From: an uncultured Planctomycetaceae bacterium
GTDB lineage: Bacteria; Planctomycetota; Planctomycetia; Isosphaerales; Isosphaeraceae
NCBI GenBank assembly: GCA_963833985.1
Contig: CAWIAD010000002.1
Coordinates: 3,168,001-3,232,000, forward strand
DNA length: 64,000 nucleotides
Direction: 5' to 3'
Shown piece by piece: positions 1 through 9,870 of the stretch. Under the pieces are notes generated by a model. That model did no database searches and had not been told where the DNA came from. It saw only the letters and a program-made list of their open reading frames with translations. Both the position numbers and the translations under genes were made by a program. Every line of letters starts with the position of its first letter. The first letter of the stretch is position 1.

Positions 1-221
1 GTGGCGGCGACGGACTCCAGCAGCTTCTTCTGCGGGTCGGTCAGCTTGACACCGGCCGCCTTCTTGGGAGCGGCCTTGGCGGCGCTGGCCTTGGGAGCGG
101 CGGTCTTGGCGGCGCTGGCCTTCTTGGGCGCCGCCTGCTTGGGAGCAGCCTTCTTGACTGCCGGCTTGGCCTTCACCATCTTCGTGCCGCCCTTGGGTGC
201 CGTCGACTTCTTCACTGCCAT
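1..221 (-). CDS. Lys/Ala/Pro-rich histone H1-like basic protein, N-terminal part (runs off the window)
   Basis: Manual translation from ATG at 221: MAVKKSTAPKGGTKMVKAKPAVKKAAPKQAAPKKASAAKTAAPKASAAKAAPKKAAGVKLTDPQKKLLESVAA. GAGGTG Shine-Dalgarno just upstream. Absent from the ORF track because it has no stop in the window. Confidence 0.8.
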   Translation of the reverse strand, partial: MAVKKSTAPKGGTKMVKAKPAVKKAAPKQAAPKKASAAKTAAPKASAAKAAPKKAAGVKLTDPQKKLLESVAA

Positions 222-826
222 CGCTCTCACCTCGTTGCTAAACATGTTCGCTCGTCTTCGACCAACTCTGATCGAGCGGTCCCTGCGCCAATTCATACCA
301 AATCTTTGAATTAGTGGAAGAGGAAGATTGCCCAAAAACGGTGATTTTCTCCGGTTTTTTTTGAGTTTACTCCCCAGTGCACTTCTCAAATCAGTAAGCG
401 ATGGAACCATCGCATAAAATGAGCTTAAATCATGATATTCTATTGATAAATGAGGCGACCGGCGAATTCTCCCGTGTTTTATTGGGTTTTCCGGCGCATG
501 ACCGGGAGGCCCGCGCGCCTTGCCATGCAGAGAGCGCCTCAGCCTGCGCGGTGTCGCGCCACAAGCTTCTTCAGCGCCGGCGCAAAAAATGTTTCAGCCT
601 GCGCGGTTTGTGGGTTCCGGGCAACCGAACCGCGCAGCGCGGCGCAGCGCGGCATCACGACCCGGTCAGCGCGACGGTACCGCGGCGCGGCAGCAGTCGC
701 CGCGGTGCGGCCGGTCCGCGCGCTGGCGGCTCGGGCTCGACCTCCGGCTCCGACACCCGCGGCGAGCGGCCCCGTCGCTCCGACCGCCGCGCGGGCATCG
801 GGCCGGCCGCGCCACCCGGCCTGCAC

Positions 827-855
827 TTGCATCGCCGGGGAACGTCAGGCATAAT
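827..855 (+). promoter_or_regulatory. sigma70-type promoter for ruvAB
   Basis: TTGCAT (827-832), 17-bp spacer, CATAAT (850-855), about 55 bp upstream of ruvA. Confidence 0.6.
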
Positions 856-909
856 GACTGAACAAAATACCAGATCTCCACGTGCTCGCGCGAAAGGACG
901 AAGTTAGCC

Positions 910-1566
910 GTGATCACGCACGTCCGGGGCATCTTGCGGGGCCTTGCCGAGGAGACGCTCACGCTGGGCGTCGAGCCGTTCGAGCTTGAGGTGCTTGTGC
1001 CGGAGCACACCAGGCGCCAGCTTCAGGGCAAGCTCGGCGAGCCGATCCGCCTGCATACCTCGCTGTACCTGGACGGCAACGCCATGACCAGCAGGATGGT
1101 CCCCCGCCTGGTGGGCTTCCTCTCGGCCGTGGATCGCGAGTTCTTCGAGATCTTCTGCTCCGTGGACGGCGTGGGCGTGCGCAAGGCGCTGCGGGCCATG
1201 GTCCGCCCGGTACGCGAGCTGGCCCGGACCATCGAGGACCAGGACGTGCGGATGCTCGCGACCTTCCCGGGCATCGGCGAGGCCATGGCCGAGCGGATCG
1301 TCGCCAAGCTGCGCCGCAAGGTCGGCAAGTTCGCCCTGATCATCGAGCCGGAGGGCTCTCCCATTGGTGCGGGACACCCCGACGGCAATGGCGAGGCTGA
1401 GCACGCCGGGCACGACGTGATTCGTGATACCTACGCCGCGCTGCTCTCGGTCGGCCATAACGAGAGCCAGGCGCGGCAGGCCATCGACCGCGTCCTGTCC
1501 GGCAAGAAAAAATTCAAGACCGTGGCCGATATGATCGAAGCGATCTATCACCTGAGTAAAGAATAG
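910..1566 (+). CDS. ruvA: Holliday junction branch migration protein RuvA
   Basis: MITHVRGIL N-terminus, two HhH motifs (VDGVGVRKA, FPGIGEAMAERIV), C-terminal AALLSVGH domain, adjacent to ruvB. Confidence 0.93.
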   Translation: MITHVRGILRGLAEETLTLGVEPFELEVLVPEHTRRQLQGKLGEPIRLHTSLYLDGNAMTSRMVPRLVGFLSAVDREFFEIFCSVDGVGVRKALRAMVRPVRELARTIEDQDVRMLATFPGIGEAMAERIVAKLRRKVGKFALIIEPEGSPIGAGHPDGNGEAEHAGHDVIRDTYAALLSVGHNESQARQAIDRVLSGKKKFKTVADMIEAIYHLSKE

Positions 1567-1651
1567 CGGGCAAGGGGCGAGGGGCCGGTGGCAGGAGTCG
1601 GTGGGCCGTGGCCGGTGGGCCGCAGGCGGTCTGCATTTTGCAAGGAATCTC

Positions 1652-2755
1652 ATGAGAGAGCCAATCATCCAGGGGAAGCGTGAGGGTGGCGGCGAGGAAA
1701 GCGATCCGGCCGACCTTTCGGGTCACGAGGGGCGGCAGCCTCGGGTCATCGATCCGGCCGATGAGAAGCTGCGTCCCCAGCGGCTGGACGAGATCGTCGG
1801 CCAGCGCGCCGTGGCCGATCGGCTGGCCATCGCTCTCCTGGCGGCCCGCAAGCGAGGTGAGCCGCTGCCGCACATTCTGTTCGATGGCCCGCCGGGCCTG
1901 GGCAAGACGACGTTTGCCACGGTGCTGCACAATGAGCTGGGCGTCGAGCTGAACATGACCAGCGGCGCGGCGCTCGACAAGAAGATGGACGTCATGCCCT
2001 ACCTGACGAACGCCGCGGAAGGCTCGATCCTGTTCATCGATGAGATCCACCGCCTGCCCAAGGCCGTCGAGGAGTTCATCTACCCGGTGATGGAAGATTT
2101 CCGGGTTGACGTGGTGCTCGGCGAGGGGATGTCTGCGCGGACCATCAACCTGCCGCTCAAGAAGTTCACCATCATTGGTGCGACCACTCGCAGCGGAATG
2201 CTCTCCGGGCCGCTCCGCGAGCGTTTCCACATGCACGAGCACCTCGAGTTCTACGATCGCGACGACCTGGCGCAGATCATCACCGTGAACTCGGCCAAGC
2301 TGCGCACGCGGATTGACGGTCCTGCGGCACTGGAGCTCGCCGGCCGTAGCCGCGGCACGCCGCGGATCGCCAACGCCCGCCTGCGCTGGGTCCGCGATTA
2401 CGCGCTGGCGCGGAGCGACGGCAACATCAATCTGACCATCGCCCGGGACGCGCTGGCCATGCAAGAGATTGATACCGAGGGCCTGGACAAGCAAGACAGG
2501 CGCTATCTGGAAACGCTGATCCGCGTCTTCAAGGGCGGCCCGACGGGCGTCGAGGCGCTGGCGGCCACGATGAACGTCGCCGTCGATACCCTCCGTGACG
2601 AGGTGGAGCCCTACCTGCTGCGCCGCGAGTTCGTGGTCCGCACCCCGCGCGGCCGCCAGGCCTGCTCGTCAGCCTACCAGCACATGGGGATCGCCGAGCC
2701 CGTGGTCGAGCCCGACTATCCGCTCCTGGAGCAGCAGAGGCGGCTGTTCGACTAG
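1652..2755 (+). CDS. ruvB: Holliday junction branch migration helicase RuvB
   Basis: LRPQRLDEIVGQ, Walker A GPPGLGKTT, FIDEIHRL, GATTRSG, RGTPRIAN, EPYLL..RTPRGR. Confidence 0.97.
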   Translation: MREPIIQGKREGGGEESDPADLSGHEGRQPRVIDPADEKLRPQRLDEIVGQRAVADRLAIALLAARKRGEPLPHILFDGPPGLGKTTFATVLHNELGVELNMTSGAALDKKMDVMPYLTNAAEGSILFIDEIHRLPKAVEEFIYPVMEDFRVDVVLGEGMSARTINLPLKKFTIIGATTRSGMLSGPLRERFHMHEHLEFYDRDDLAQIITVNSAKLRTRIDGPAALELAGRSRGTPRIANARLRWVRDYALARSDGNINLTIARDALAMQEIDTEGLDKQDRRYLETLIRVFKGGPTGVEALAATMNVAVDTLRDEVEPYLLRREFVVRTPRGRQACSSAYQHMGIAEPVVEPDYPLLEQQRRLFD

Positions 2756-2779
2756 ATTCCCGCGATATCGGACGAGAGC

Positions 2780-3547
2780 TCAGGGGCCTGCTGGCACGAA
2801 TTGCCGTGCCCAGGCCGCATCCTCTGCCAACAGGGCCGGCTCTGGCTCGCCGCTGTAAATGAAATGCTCGTAGCCCGGCCCGTCATGGGCGCGGTGGAGC
2901 GCTTCCTGGAGGTCGACCGGCGCGGCTTCATCCGGGAACCGCAGGGGAATCGGGATGACCGGCAGGCGATCCCGCAGGTGGATCGGCCAGAAGTCCGCGG
3001 CCCGCCGCTTCTCCGCCCGGCTGACCATCACCGAGTAGTCGCACTCGGGCCGGCTCTCCTGGGGCATGGGAGCCCACCCTCGCAGGAGGTCGATCTCGAC
3101 GAGGTGGCTCGGGCTGCGGAGCAGTTCCCGACGCTTGGCAAGGTACTGGTCGCGATCCGCACCAGTCCGCTTCTTCGACGGACTCAGGAGTTCGATGGCC
3201 GTCACCAGTTCACGGCCGAGCCGGTCCCGAACCTCCAGGAACGGGACTTTCTCAACTTCCTGCACCCGGAGCCAGACTTCCGCCGGGGCTTCAAGCACGC
3301 CGGTCGCTGACCGCGCCTGTTCGCGACCGGAAGACTGGACCAGCGACAGGTCAGACGTTCCCAGTCGTTGGCGAGGTTCTGGAGGCAAATCGTGAATAAA
3401 GATGTGCTCTTCGAGCTGAACGATGTACCTGGGGCCGACTTGCGGGGCCAGCAGGCGGCGCACTGACGACAGGAACTCGGAGTGAAAATCGAGCCAGAGG
3501 GCCGACTGCTCAAAGTAAGGATTCATGCCGGGAAAGGGTGAAGGCAT
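2780..3547 (-). CDS. DUF4058 family protein
   Basis: Signature start MPSPFPGMNPYFE; IELLSP and LVEIDLLRG motifs. Confidence 0.85.
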   Translation of the reverse strand: MPSPFPGMNPYFEQSALWLDFHSEFLSSVRRLLAPQVGPRYIVQLEEHIFIHDLPPEPRQRLGTSDLSLVQSSGREQARSATGVLEAPAEVWLRVQEVEKVPFLEVRDRLGRELVTAIELLSPSKKRTGADRDQYLAKRRELLRSPSHLVEIDLLRGWAPMPQESRPECDYSVMVSRAEKRRAADFWPIHLRDRLPVIPIPLRFPDEAAPVDLQEALHRAHDGPGYEHFIYSGEPEPALLAEDAAWARQFVPAGP

Positions 3548-3634
3548 GGCACTTCTCCTTGGAGTTCCGAATCATCAGTATCACGATCAGAAGGCTCAAA
3601 TGCCAGGGCAAGCGGCACGTCCGCTCCCGGGCGG

Positions 3635-4654
3635 TCAGGCGCCCGCGGGCTTCGTCGCTCGCAACAGGCGGTCGCGGATGGCACGCCAGGCGGGCTCATC
3701 GGGCGGCAGCACCACGACGATGACGTTGAGGCCGAGTACGTCGTGGTCGTGCAGAACGGCATAGAGCCGGCGTGCGGCGTCAGCGGGATCGCGCAGCCAG
3801 GTCACGGCCGTCCCGGCGGGGAGATCCGGCATGCGATGCGGCCCGAAACCGATTACCGCGGACTGCACCGGCAGGCGGATTCTGGCCAGGTCGGAAATGG
3901 AATCCACGCGCAGCGCCGGCGTACAGGGCGCGTAATGGACGGGCAGCATGCCCGGGGCCGGTGCGGGCCGGTCGTCATCCACCCGCTGATCGGACCACTG
4001 GTCCTGCACCTGGCCGATCCCTGCCAGGCACGCCACAAGCTCCTCGGCCTGGACCGGTCCCGGCCGGAGGATACGGAATGGCTCGGCCGTGAGGTCGAGG
4101 ACCGTCGACTCCAGGCCGAAGGCGGTCGGGCCGCTGTCGAGGACCAGGTCGATCCGGCCGGTCAGGTCCGCCAGCACGTGCCCGGCCCGCGTCGGCGAAA
4201 GGCGGTTGGAGCGATTGGCGCTGGGAGCGGCCAGCGGTTGACCAACCCGGGCGATCAACCCCAGTGCGACGGGTGTTGCCGGAACCCGCAGCGCCACCGT
4301 GTCGCGTCCGCCCGTGACCGCGTCGGGAACCAGGCTCGAGCGTGGCAGCACGAGAGTGAGCGGTCCCGGCCAGAACGTGCGGGCGAGCCGGTCGGCCGCC
4401 TCGGGCCAGGCCGAGACGCAGTGCGAAGCCTGGTCGATTCCGGCCACGTGAACGATAAGCGGATTGAACGCTGGCCGCCCCTTGGCCGCGAAGATTCGTT
4501 CGACGGCCACGGGATCGGCGGCCAGCGCACCGAGGCCGTAAACGGTTTCGGTGGCGAACGCGACGAGTCCTCGGTGCAGCAGGACACTGGCCGCTTCCGA
4601 GAGGGCTGCTTCGGATGGCTCTCGCGGATCAACCTGGATGAGGCGTGTTGGCAC
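3635..4654 (-). CDS. L-threonylcarbamoyladenylate synthase (Sua5/TsaC with SUA5 C-terminal domain)
   Basis: VAFATETVYGLGA, KGRPAFNPLIVH, FWPGPLT, APSANRS, GLESTV, APGMLPVHYAP. Start uncertain; the ORF is open to 4723. Confidence 0.93.
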   Translation of the reverse strand: MPTRLIQVDPREPSEAALSEAASVLLHRGLVAFATETVYGLGALAADPVAVERIFAAKGRPAFNPLIVHVAGIDQASHCVSAWPEAADRLARTFWPGPLTLVLPRSSLVPDAVTGGRDTVALRVPATPVALGLIARVGQPLAAPSANRSNRLSPTRAGHVLADLTGRIDLVLDSGPTAFGLESTVLDLTAEPFRILRPGPVQAEELVACLAGIGQVQDQWSDQRVDDDRPAPAPGMLPVHYAPCTPALRVDSISDLARIRLPVQSAVIGFGPHRMPDLPAGTAVTWLRDPADAARRLYAVLHDHDVLGLNVIVVVLPPDEPAWRAIRDRLLRATKPAGA

Positions 4655-4679
4655 CAGGACGTCCCGGTCATCGGCCCGT

Positions 4680-5811
4680 TCAATCGATCTTTTTTCGAGC
4701 GGAAGGGTCGGGCGGCTGCTCACCCCTGGCGTGGAAGTCGGCCTTGAGGGCTGCGTAGTCGCTGGCGCGGCGGTCGTAGAGCCGCTTCAGCGGCCGAGGT
4801 GCGTGGCGGGCCAGGGAGTACGCGGTCAGGAGCGGCAGGGCAATGGTGGAGTCGGTGTAGCAGGTGACGCTGTCGGGTAAGGTATCCGGGTCGATCTTGC
4901 CCCAGGTCATCGCCTCGCTGGCCGTGGCGCCCGAGAGGCCGCCGGTGTCGGGCCGGGCGTCCGTGATCTGCAAGAAGTAGTCGTGGCCGCTCTCGGCCAG
5001 GCCGAGCACTTCCTGGATCTGCGGCTCGGTCTGGAGGATGAAGTTTTTTGGGCTGCCTCCGCCCAGGATGAGCACGCCCGACTTGCCGCTGTTCTTCTTG
5101 GCGTTGTAGACGATGGCCGCGGTCTCGTTGACGTCGCGGAGGGTGTCGATTTGCAGCTTCCCCTCCTGGAGCGAAAGCGCGGCGAGGTTCATGCCGATGG
5201 AGCTGTCGCCGGGGCTCGAGGTGTACACCGGCACGGCGGCCTCGTAGGCCGCGGCCAGCAGGCTGTGGGCCGGCCGCCCCAGGGTCTCGGCGCGGGCGTA
5301 GAGATACTTGCCCACCAGGTGGTGGAACTCGGCGGTCCCCATGCTGTGGGCGAAGCTCTCATCCCGGATCAGCTCGCGGTAGAAGGCGTCGGTATCGAGC
5401 AGCGTCTTGTAATGAAAGACGACGTCGTAGATGCGGATGACGTCGTTCTGCCGGAGGGCGAAGTCGTCCAGGTTGGGACGGCTCTGGTGCAGTGGCAGGT
5501 CCAGCGCGAAGTGGGTGTCGTGGTAGAGGTTGGCGCCGGTGGAGACGATCCAGTCCACGAAACCGGCCTTGATGAGGGGGATGAGGCAGCTCATCCCCAG
5601 GCCGGCCGGAGTCAGCGCCGGAGATCGTCAGCCCGACGGTGCAATCCGGGTCCAGGAACTTGCGTGTGAAAACCTGGCAGACTTCACGCAGCCGCCCCGC
5701 GTTGTAGCTGAGAAAGGCGTGATCGATGAGGTCGGCGGCCACCTCCCGGCCGGTGACGGCGGGCGGACCGATCCGGTGCAGGCTGATCTTTTTGAGATAC
5801 TCCATGCTCAT
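4680..5811 (-). CDS. Deoxyhypusine synthase-like protein (homospermidine synthase type), apparent 1-bp frameshift near 5615
   Basis: Joining ORF 5359..5811 (..GLTISGA) to 4680..5594 restores [13 protein letters not shown]. Motifs [35 protein letters not shown]. Confidence 0.88.
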
Positions 5812-5839
5812 CCACCTTGCGGGGTGCTTCGAATCGCCA

Positions 5840-6385
5840 TCAGGCCAGCAGGATCGCCGCGGCGACCACGGTGGACCAGAGACCGTCCTTGTGGCCGATG
5901 GCGGTCTGAGTCACTTCCTTGGTCTTGAAGATCACGTCCGCGACCTTCCAGATCTCGCGCTTCTCGTCCCACGAGCTGTTCGGGTTGAACTCCACGCCCA
6001 GGACGGTGGCCAGCATCTCGGCGGCCAGGTCCTCGGCATAGTCGGCCGCGGTCTTCGCCGTCTGGCCGTAGGCATGGTGCTCCGATAGGTAGCCGAAGGT
6101 ATCGCGGTTCCGCGGAATCGCCACGCCCACGCTGGCGGCCACCAGGCGGTTGGGCTCGGCCGTGGCGCACTCGCTCATGACAACGTGAACGATCTGGCCG
6201 GGCTGGAGCTGCTTCAGACCTTGCTCGATGGAGATTTCCTTGCAACGCGGAGGGAAGATGCTCGAGACCCGCACCAGGTTGTAGCAGGCGATCCGCGCGT
6301 CCCGCAGGGCAAGCTCGAAGCTCGTCAGTTTCTCTCGGTGCGTGCCCACCCCTTTGGTGAAGAACAGCTTTGTGGGTACATACAT
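5840..6385 (-). CDS. Pyruvoyl-dependent arginine decarboxylase
   Basis: SFELALRDARIACYNLVRVSSIFPP with the Ser-Ser self-cleavage site; GYLSEHH. Confidence 0.92.
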   Translation of the reverse strand: MYVPTKLFFTKGVGTHREKLTSFELALRDARIACYNLVRVSSIFPPRCKEISIEQGLKQLQPGQIVHVVMSECATAEPNRLVAASVGVAIPRNRDTFGYLSEHHAYGQTAKTAADYAEDLAAEMLATVLGVEFNPNSSWDEKREIWKVADVIFKTKEVTQTAIGHKDGLWSTVVAAAILLA

Positions 6386-6723
6386 CTCTGGTCTGGCACC
6401 TCGCGGACCGGCGGACCCCGCGGGATCACGCTGGAAAATACGCCTGGAGATCGATACATCACGCCGCCGTGGCGCGGACGGACCATGGCAGGAACTGAAT
6501 TATTATGGTACGCAGGCCGTCGCATCAAGCCCTTCGATCATGAAGCCGCGATGAAGGCACTGCCGACAAGACCGGTCAGGCAATTCAGGGAGCTCCTTCA
6601 CAGCTCTGCGCCGCCATTCACCCGTCCAGCTTCTTGTCCCAGAGGATCGTTCGCACGCAAGCGCCGCGCTTGCCGGCCCGCGCGGGTCTGATTGCGAGGG
6701 GTCCCACTGCACGTCCATGCTCA

Positions 6724-7788
6724 TCACATCGGACCACCAGCGTCCGTCAATCCAAACCCAGCCGCCCCGGGCGCCGTCGGTGAGTCTTGTTTCAGGCTTT
6801 CCGCAAGTCGGCGCAGGCCCTCCTCGATGCCCACGATGGGCGCGTAACCCAGGTCGCGCCGAGCGGCGTCCAGGTTGTACCAGTGCGCGGTGGACAGCTC
6901 GCGGGCCAGAAACCGCGTCATCTGGGGTTCTCCAGGAAGCTTGAGCAGCGAGTAGCAGCCCTCGAGCACGCCGCCGGCGGCCACCGCAAGTGCGCGCGGC
7001 ACGCTGCGTTTCACCGGCGGCAAGTGGGCGACCTCCAGGAACCGATTCACCATGTCCCAGAGCGGAACGGGCTGGCCCTGCGCGATGAAGTACGCCCGGC
7101 CGCAGATCGCCGCGCCCGGATCCAGCCGGGCCGCGGCCAGCACGTGGGCGTGTGCGGCATTGTCGATGTAGGTCAGGTCGATGAGCGGGTTCCGGCGGCC
7201 GATCCGGTAGAGCCGTCGCGCCCGCGCGCGGGCGAAGATTCGCGGCAGGATGTTGTTGTCGCCAGGGCCCCAGATCAGATGAGGCCGCAGCGCCACGGTG
7301 GCCAGCGAGGCGTCGTTATTCGCCAGCACGAGCTTCTCGGCAATGGCCTTGGTGGCAGGATAGGCCGCGTCATAGTGTGAGGCATACGGGACCGATTCAT
7401 CCGCGCCTTCCAGATCGTGTCCCGTGAACACCACGCTGGGCGAGCTGGTGTAAATCAGCCGCCTCACCTGGTGCGTGCGGCACGCGGCGAGAACGTTTTC
7501 CGTGCCCACCACATTGATCCGGTGGTACTGCGGGTAAGCCCCCCAGAGGCCCGCCTTGGCGGCCACGTGGAAGACGATCGAGCAGCCGTCAACCGCCCGC
7601 GAGACGAGCGTGGCGTCCGCAACGTCGCCCACGAATTGCTCCACCCCAAGAGCGTCCAGTGCTGCGTACCGCCGCCGGTTCAGCGAGCGGACCGGCCGGC
7701 CCCGCAAGCGCAGCAAGCGCACGATCGCCGACCCGAGGAAGCCCCCGCCGCCGGTCACCAGTACGGGTCCTGCTCGATCGCCGGTCAT
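6724..7788 (-). CDS. oleD: 3-beta-HSD-like NAD-dependent reductase, OleD-type 2-alkyl-3-oxoalkanoate reductase
   Basis: VTGGGGFLG, HVAAKAG, YTSSPSVVF, YPATKAIAE, LRPHLIWGPGD; ATGA overlap with the oleC stop. Confidence 0.78.
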   Translation of the reverse strand: MTGDRAGPVLVTGGGGFLGSAIVRLLRLRGRPVRSLNRRRYAALDALGVEQFVGDVADATLVSRAVDGCSIVFHVAAKAGLWGAYPQYHRINVVGTENVLAACRTHQVRRLIYTSSPSVVFTGHDLEGADESVPYASHYDAAYPATKAIAEKLVLANNDASLATVALRPHLIWGPGDNNILPRIFARARARRLYRIGRRNPLIDLTYIDNAAHAHVLAAARLDPGAAICGRAYFIAQGQPVPLWDMVNRFLEVAHLPPVKRSVPRALAVAAGGVLEGCYSLLKLPGEPQMTRFLARELSTAHWYNLDAARRDLGYAPIVGIEEGLRRLAESLKQDSPTAPGAAGFGLTDAGGPM

Positions 7789-9527
7789 GGCAGCTTTCTC
7801 GCGGCCCATGCCGCCAGCTGCTCGCGAAAAATCTTGGAGTTATGGCGGATGTCCACCGGGAACGAGCGATGAAAGAGGATCGTGGCGATGCGGGCCGTGT
7901 GCGCGAACTGCTCTCCCCGGCTAAGCAGCTCGCGGCGCAGCCGTGCCTGGTCCGCGCGGCCGAGCGGCACGTCCGGCTCCACGCACAGCACGGGGACCAT
8001 CACGCCGTCGCGCCGCACCCCGACCAGCGCTGATCGAGCAACCTCGGGATGGACGTCGAAGACGCGCTCGCAGCAGACGGTGTACAGCGTGACGTCGTGC
8101 AGTACAATCCGGTGCGACTTGCGGCCGCAGAACCAGAGCCGCCCTTGCTCGTCACGATAGCCCAGGTCTCCCATGCGGTGAAAGAAGCGGTTCCGGTGCG
8201 GATCGGCAATCTTGGCGAGCGCCGTGGCCTCCGGCCGCCGGAAATACTCCCGCGTGACCACCGGCCCCGCCACGGCGATCTCTCCGATGCTGCCGGGGCT
8301 CAGTTCCAGCTCCCCGGACCACTCCGGGATGGCCTCGTCGCTGACGCGGATGATCCGCACGTCCATGCCTTCCACCGGCTGCCCCACACACACGCCGGCT
8401 CCGCGGTCGGTCTGGAAGCGGGTGTCCTCGAGGATCTCGTTGCTGCCGATCGAGGCCACCGGCAGGGCCTCGGTGGCACCGTAAGGCGTGAAGATCTGGG
8501 CCGGCCGCTCGAGCAAGCCGGCGAACGTCTCCAGCACCCGCGGCGCCGCGGGTGCTCCGGCGGTGACCACGCGTTTCAAGGTCGCAACCTTCCGGCCCTG
8601 CGCCGCGCCGCCGGGCCCACGCGCCGCAGCAGGGCGGGAGAGCCGAACATGTTGGTGGGGCCGAAATCGTCGATGGCCTGAAAGAGCCTGTCGGGATCCA
8701 CGCTGCGCCGGCCGCGTGGGGTCCATCTCCGGGACAATCGCCGTCATCCCCAGCGCCGGGGCGAAGAGGGCGAAGAGCGGGAACGTACAGAGATCGGTCT
8801 CGCCCGGCTCGATCGCGTACAGCGATCGGAACATTTCGACCTGCGATTGGAAGATCGCATGAGTGTAGACCGCGCCCTTGGGCGATCCCGTGCTGCCGCT
8901 GGTGAAGAGGATCGCGGCAAGGCCGTCCGCTACAGTCGGCCGGAAGACGGGCGTGGGGATCGTCCCCTCGTCGATGGCGCGCTGACCGAACCGGCGCAGC
9001 GTGTCAAGCGTTTCCACTCCCGGCCAGTTTCGCCCCTGCGTCACGGCGATGACGCGCCGCACCGAGCCGCTTCCCCAGCCCAGGACCTGCCTGGCCAGCA
9101 GGGCGCGCGGGATACCGAAGAAGAGTTCCGGCTCAGCCTGGCGCATGCACCCGCCAATGCTCTTGATTCCCATGCCGGGATCGATCATCACCGGGGCCAC
9201 GCCGGCCTTGAACAGCGCGAAGACCAGGGCGAAGAAATCGAGCCCAGGCCTGACCATGACGGCGGCGCGCGTCTGCGGCCGCACGCCCGAGGCGGCCAGT
9301 CCCGCCGCGATCCGGTCACTCTCGTCGTCGAGCTGGCGGTAGGTCAGGTGGGAGTAGCGAACCCGTCCCGCGCGGTTCCGTCCCTCCGGCACCACGACGG
9401 CGAGGGTATGCGGCTGCCGGGCGGCCATGGCATGCAAATGCCAGGCGATGTTGTCCTGCGCGTCGAGCGTCGTGGTCGGGCGTGAAGCAATCAAGGCTCC
9501 GGGAGGCTCCTCATCGGCACGGGACAT
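7785..9527 (-). CDS. oleC: AMP-dependent ligase, OleC-type olefin beta-lactone synthetase
   Basis: IDPGMG, AILFTSGSTGSPKG, TPYGATEALPV, HRMGDLG, WFCGRKSHR, FPVDIRHNSKIFRE. An internal stretch (~8590-8710) reads off-frame, with NMFGSPALL in an alternate frame, implying compensating indels. Confidence 0.85.
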   Translation of the reverse strand: MSRADEEPPGALIASRPTTTLDAQDNIAWHLHAMAARQPHTLAVVVPEGRNRAGRVRYSHLTYRQLDDESDRIAAGLAASGVRPQTRAAVMVRPGLDFFALVFALFKAGVAPVMIDPGMGIKSIGGCMRQAEPELFFGIPRALLARQVLGWGSGSVRRVIAVTQGRNWPGVETLDTLRRFGQRAIDEGTIPTPVFRPTVADGLAAILFTSGSTGSPKGAVYTHAIFQSQVEMFRSLYAIEPGETDLCTFPLFALFAPALGMTAIVPEMDPTRPAQRGSRQALSGHRRFRPHQHVRLSRPAAARGPGGAAQGRKVATLKRVVTAGAPAAPRVLETFAGLLERPAQIFTPYGATEALPVASIGSNEILEDTRFQTDRGAGVCVGQPVEGMDVRIIRVSDEAIPEWSGELELSPGSIGEIAVAGPVVTREYFRRPEATALAKIADPHRNRFFHRMGDLGYRDEQGRLWFCGRKSHRIVLHDVTLYTVCCERVFDVHPEVARSALVGVRRDGVMVPVLCVEPDVPLGRADQARLRRELLSRGEQFAHTARIATILFHRSFPVDIRHNSKIFREQLAAWAARKLP

Positions 9528-9712
9528 CGCGGGCGATCACTCCGCCCGACCAACGAATCCGGGCTCGCTCCGCAACAGAGAGACGCCAGGATACGAAACT
9601 CCGCCGCCGGATTCCAAGTGCCGTCACGCGGGAGACCCGTCCATGCCCGTTTCGTCTCTCTCCCGGCCTTGCCCCGGGAGCACGAAACGGCGCGGGCTGC
9701 TCGGCCAGGCGC

Positions 9713-9740
9713 TTGACTGACACGGCGTGTCGTTTATGAT
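9713..9740 (+). promoter_or_regulatory. sigma70-type promoter of tRNA-Glu
   Basis: TTGACT, 16-bp spacer, TATGAT, ending 15 bp before the tRNA. Confidence 0.65.
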
Positions 9741-9755
9741 TGTTCCTTGTAGACT

Positions 9756-9828
9756 GCCCCCATCGTCTAGCGGCCTAGGATACTTGGTTCTCAGCCAAGG
9801 GACCGGGGTTCGAGTCCCCGTGGGGGTG
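9756..9828 (+). tRNA. tRNA-Glu(CTC)
   Basis: Acceptor stem GCCCCCA/TGGGGGT, anticodon arm CTTGG-TTCTCAG-CCAAG, T-arm CGGGG-TTCGAGT-CCCCG; CCA not encoded. Confidence 0.95.
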
Positions 9829-9870
9829 CTGTTGGTTGTTCCATCGGCTAGCGACCGGAAGGGTCGTGCG

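Noticed and set aside
1..309. Hydrophobic plus-strand ORF resembling a membrane protein
   Set aside because: It is the antisense shadow of the Lys/Ala-rich minus-strand gene, which has a clear SD.
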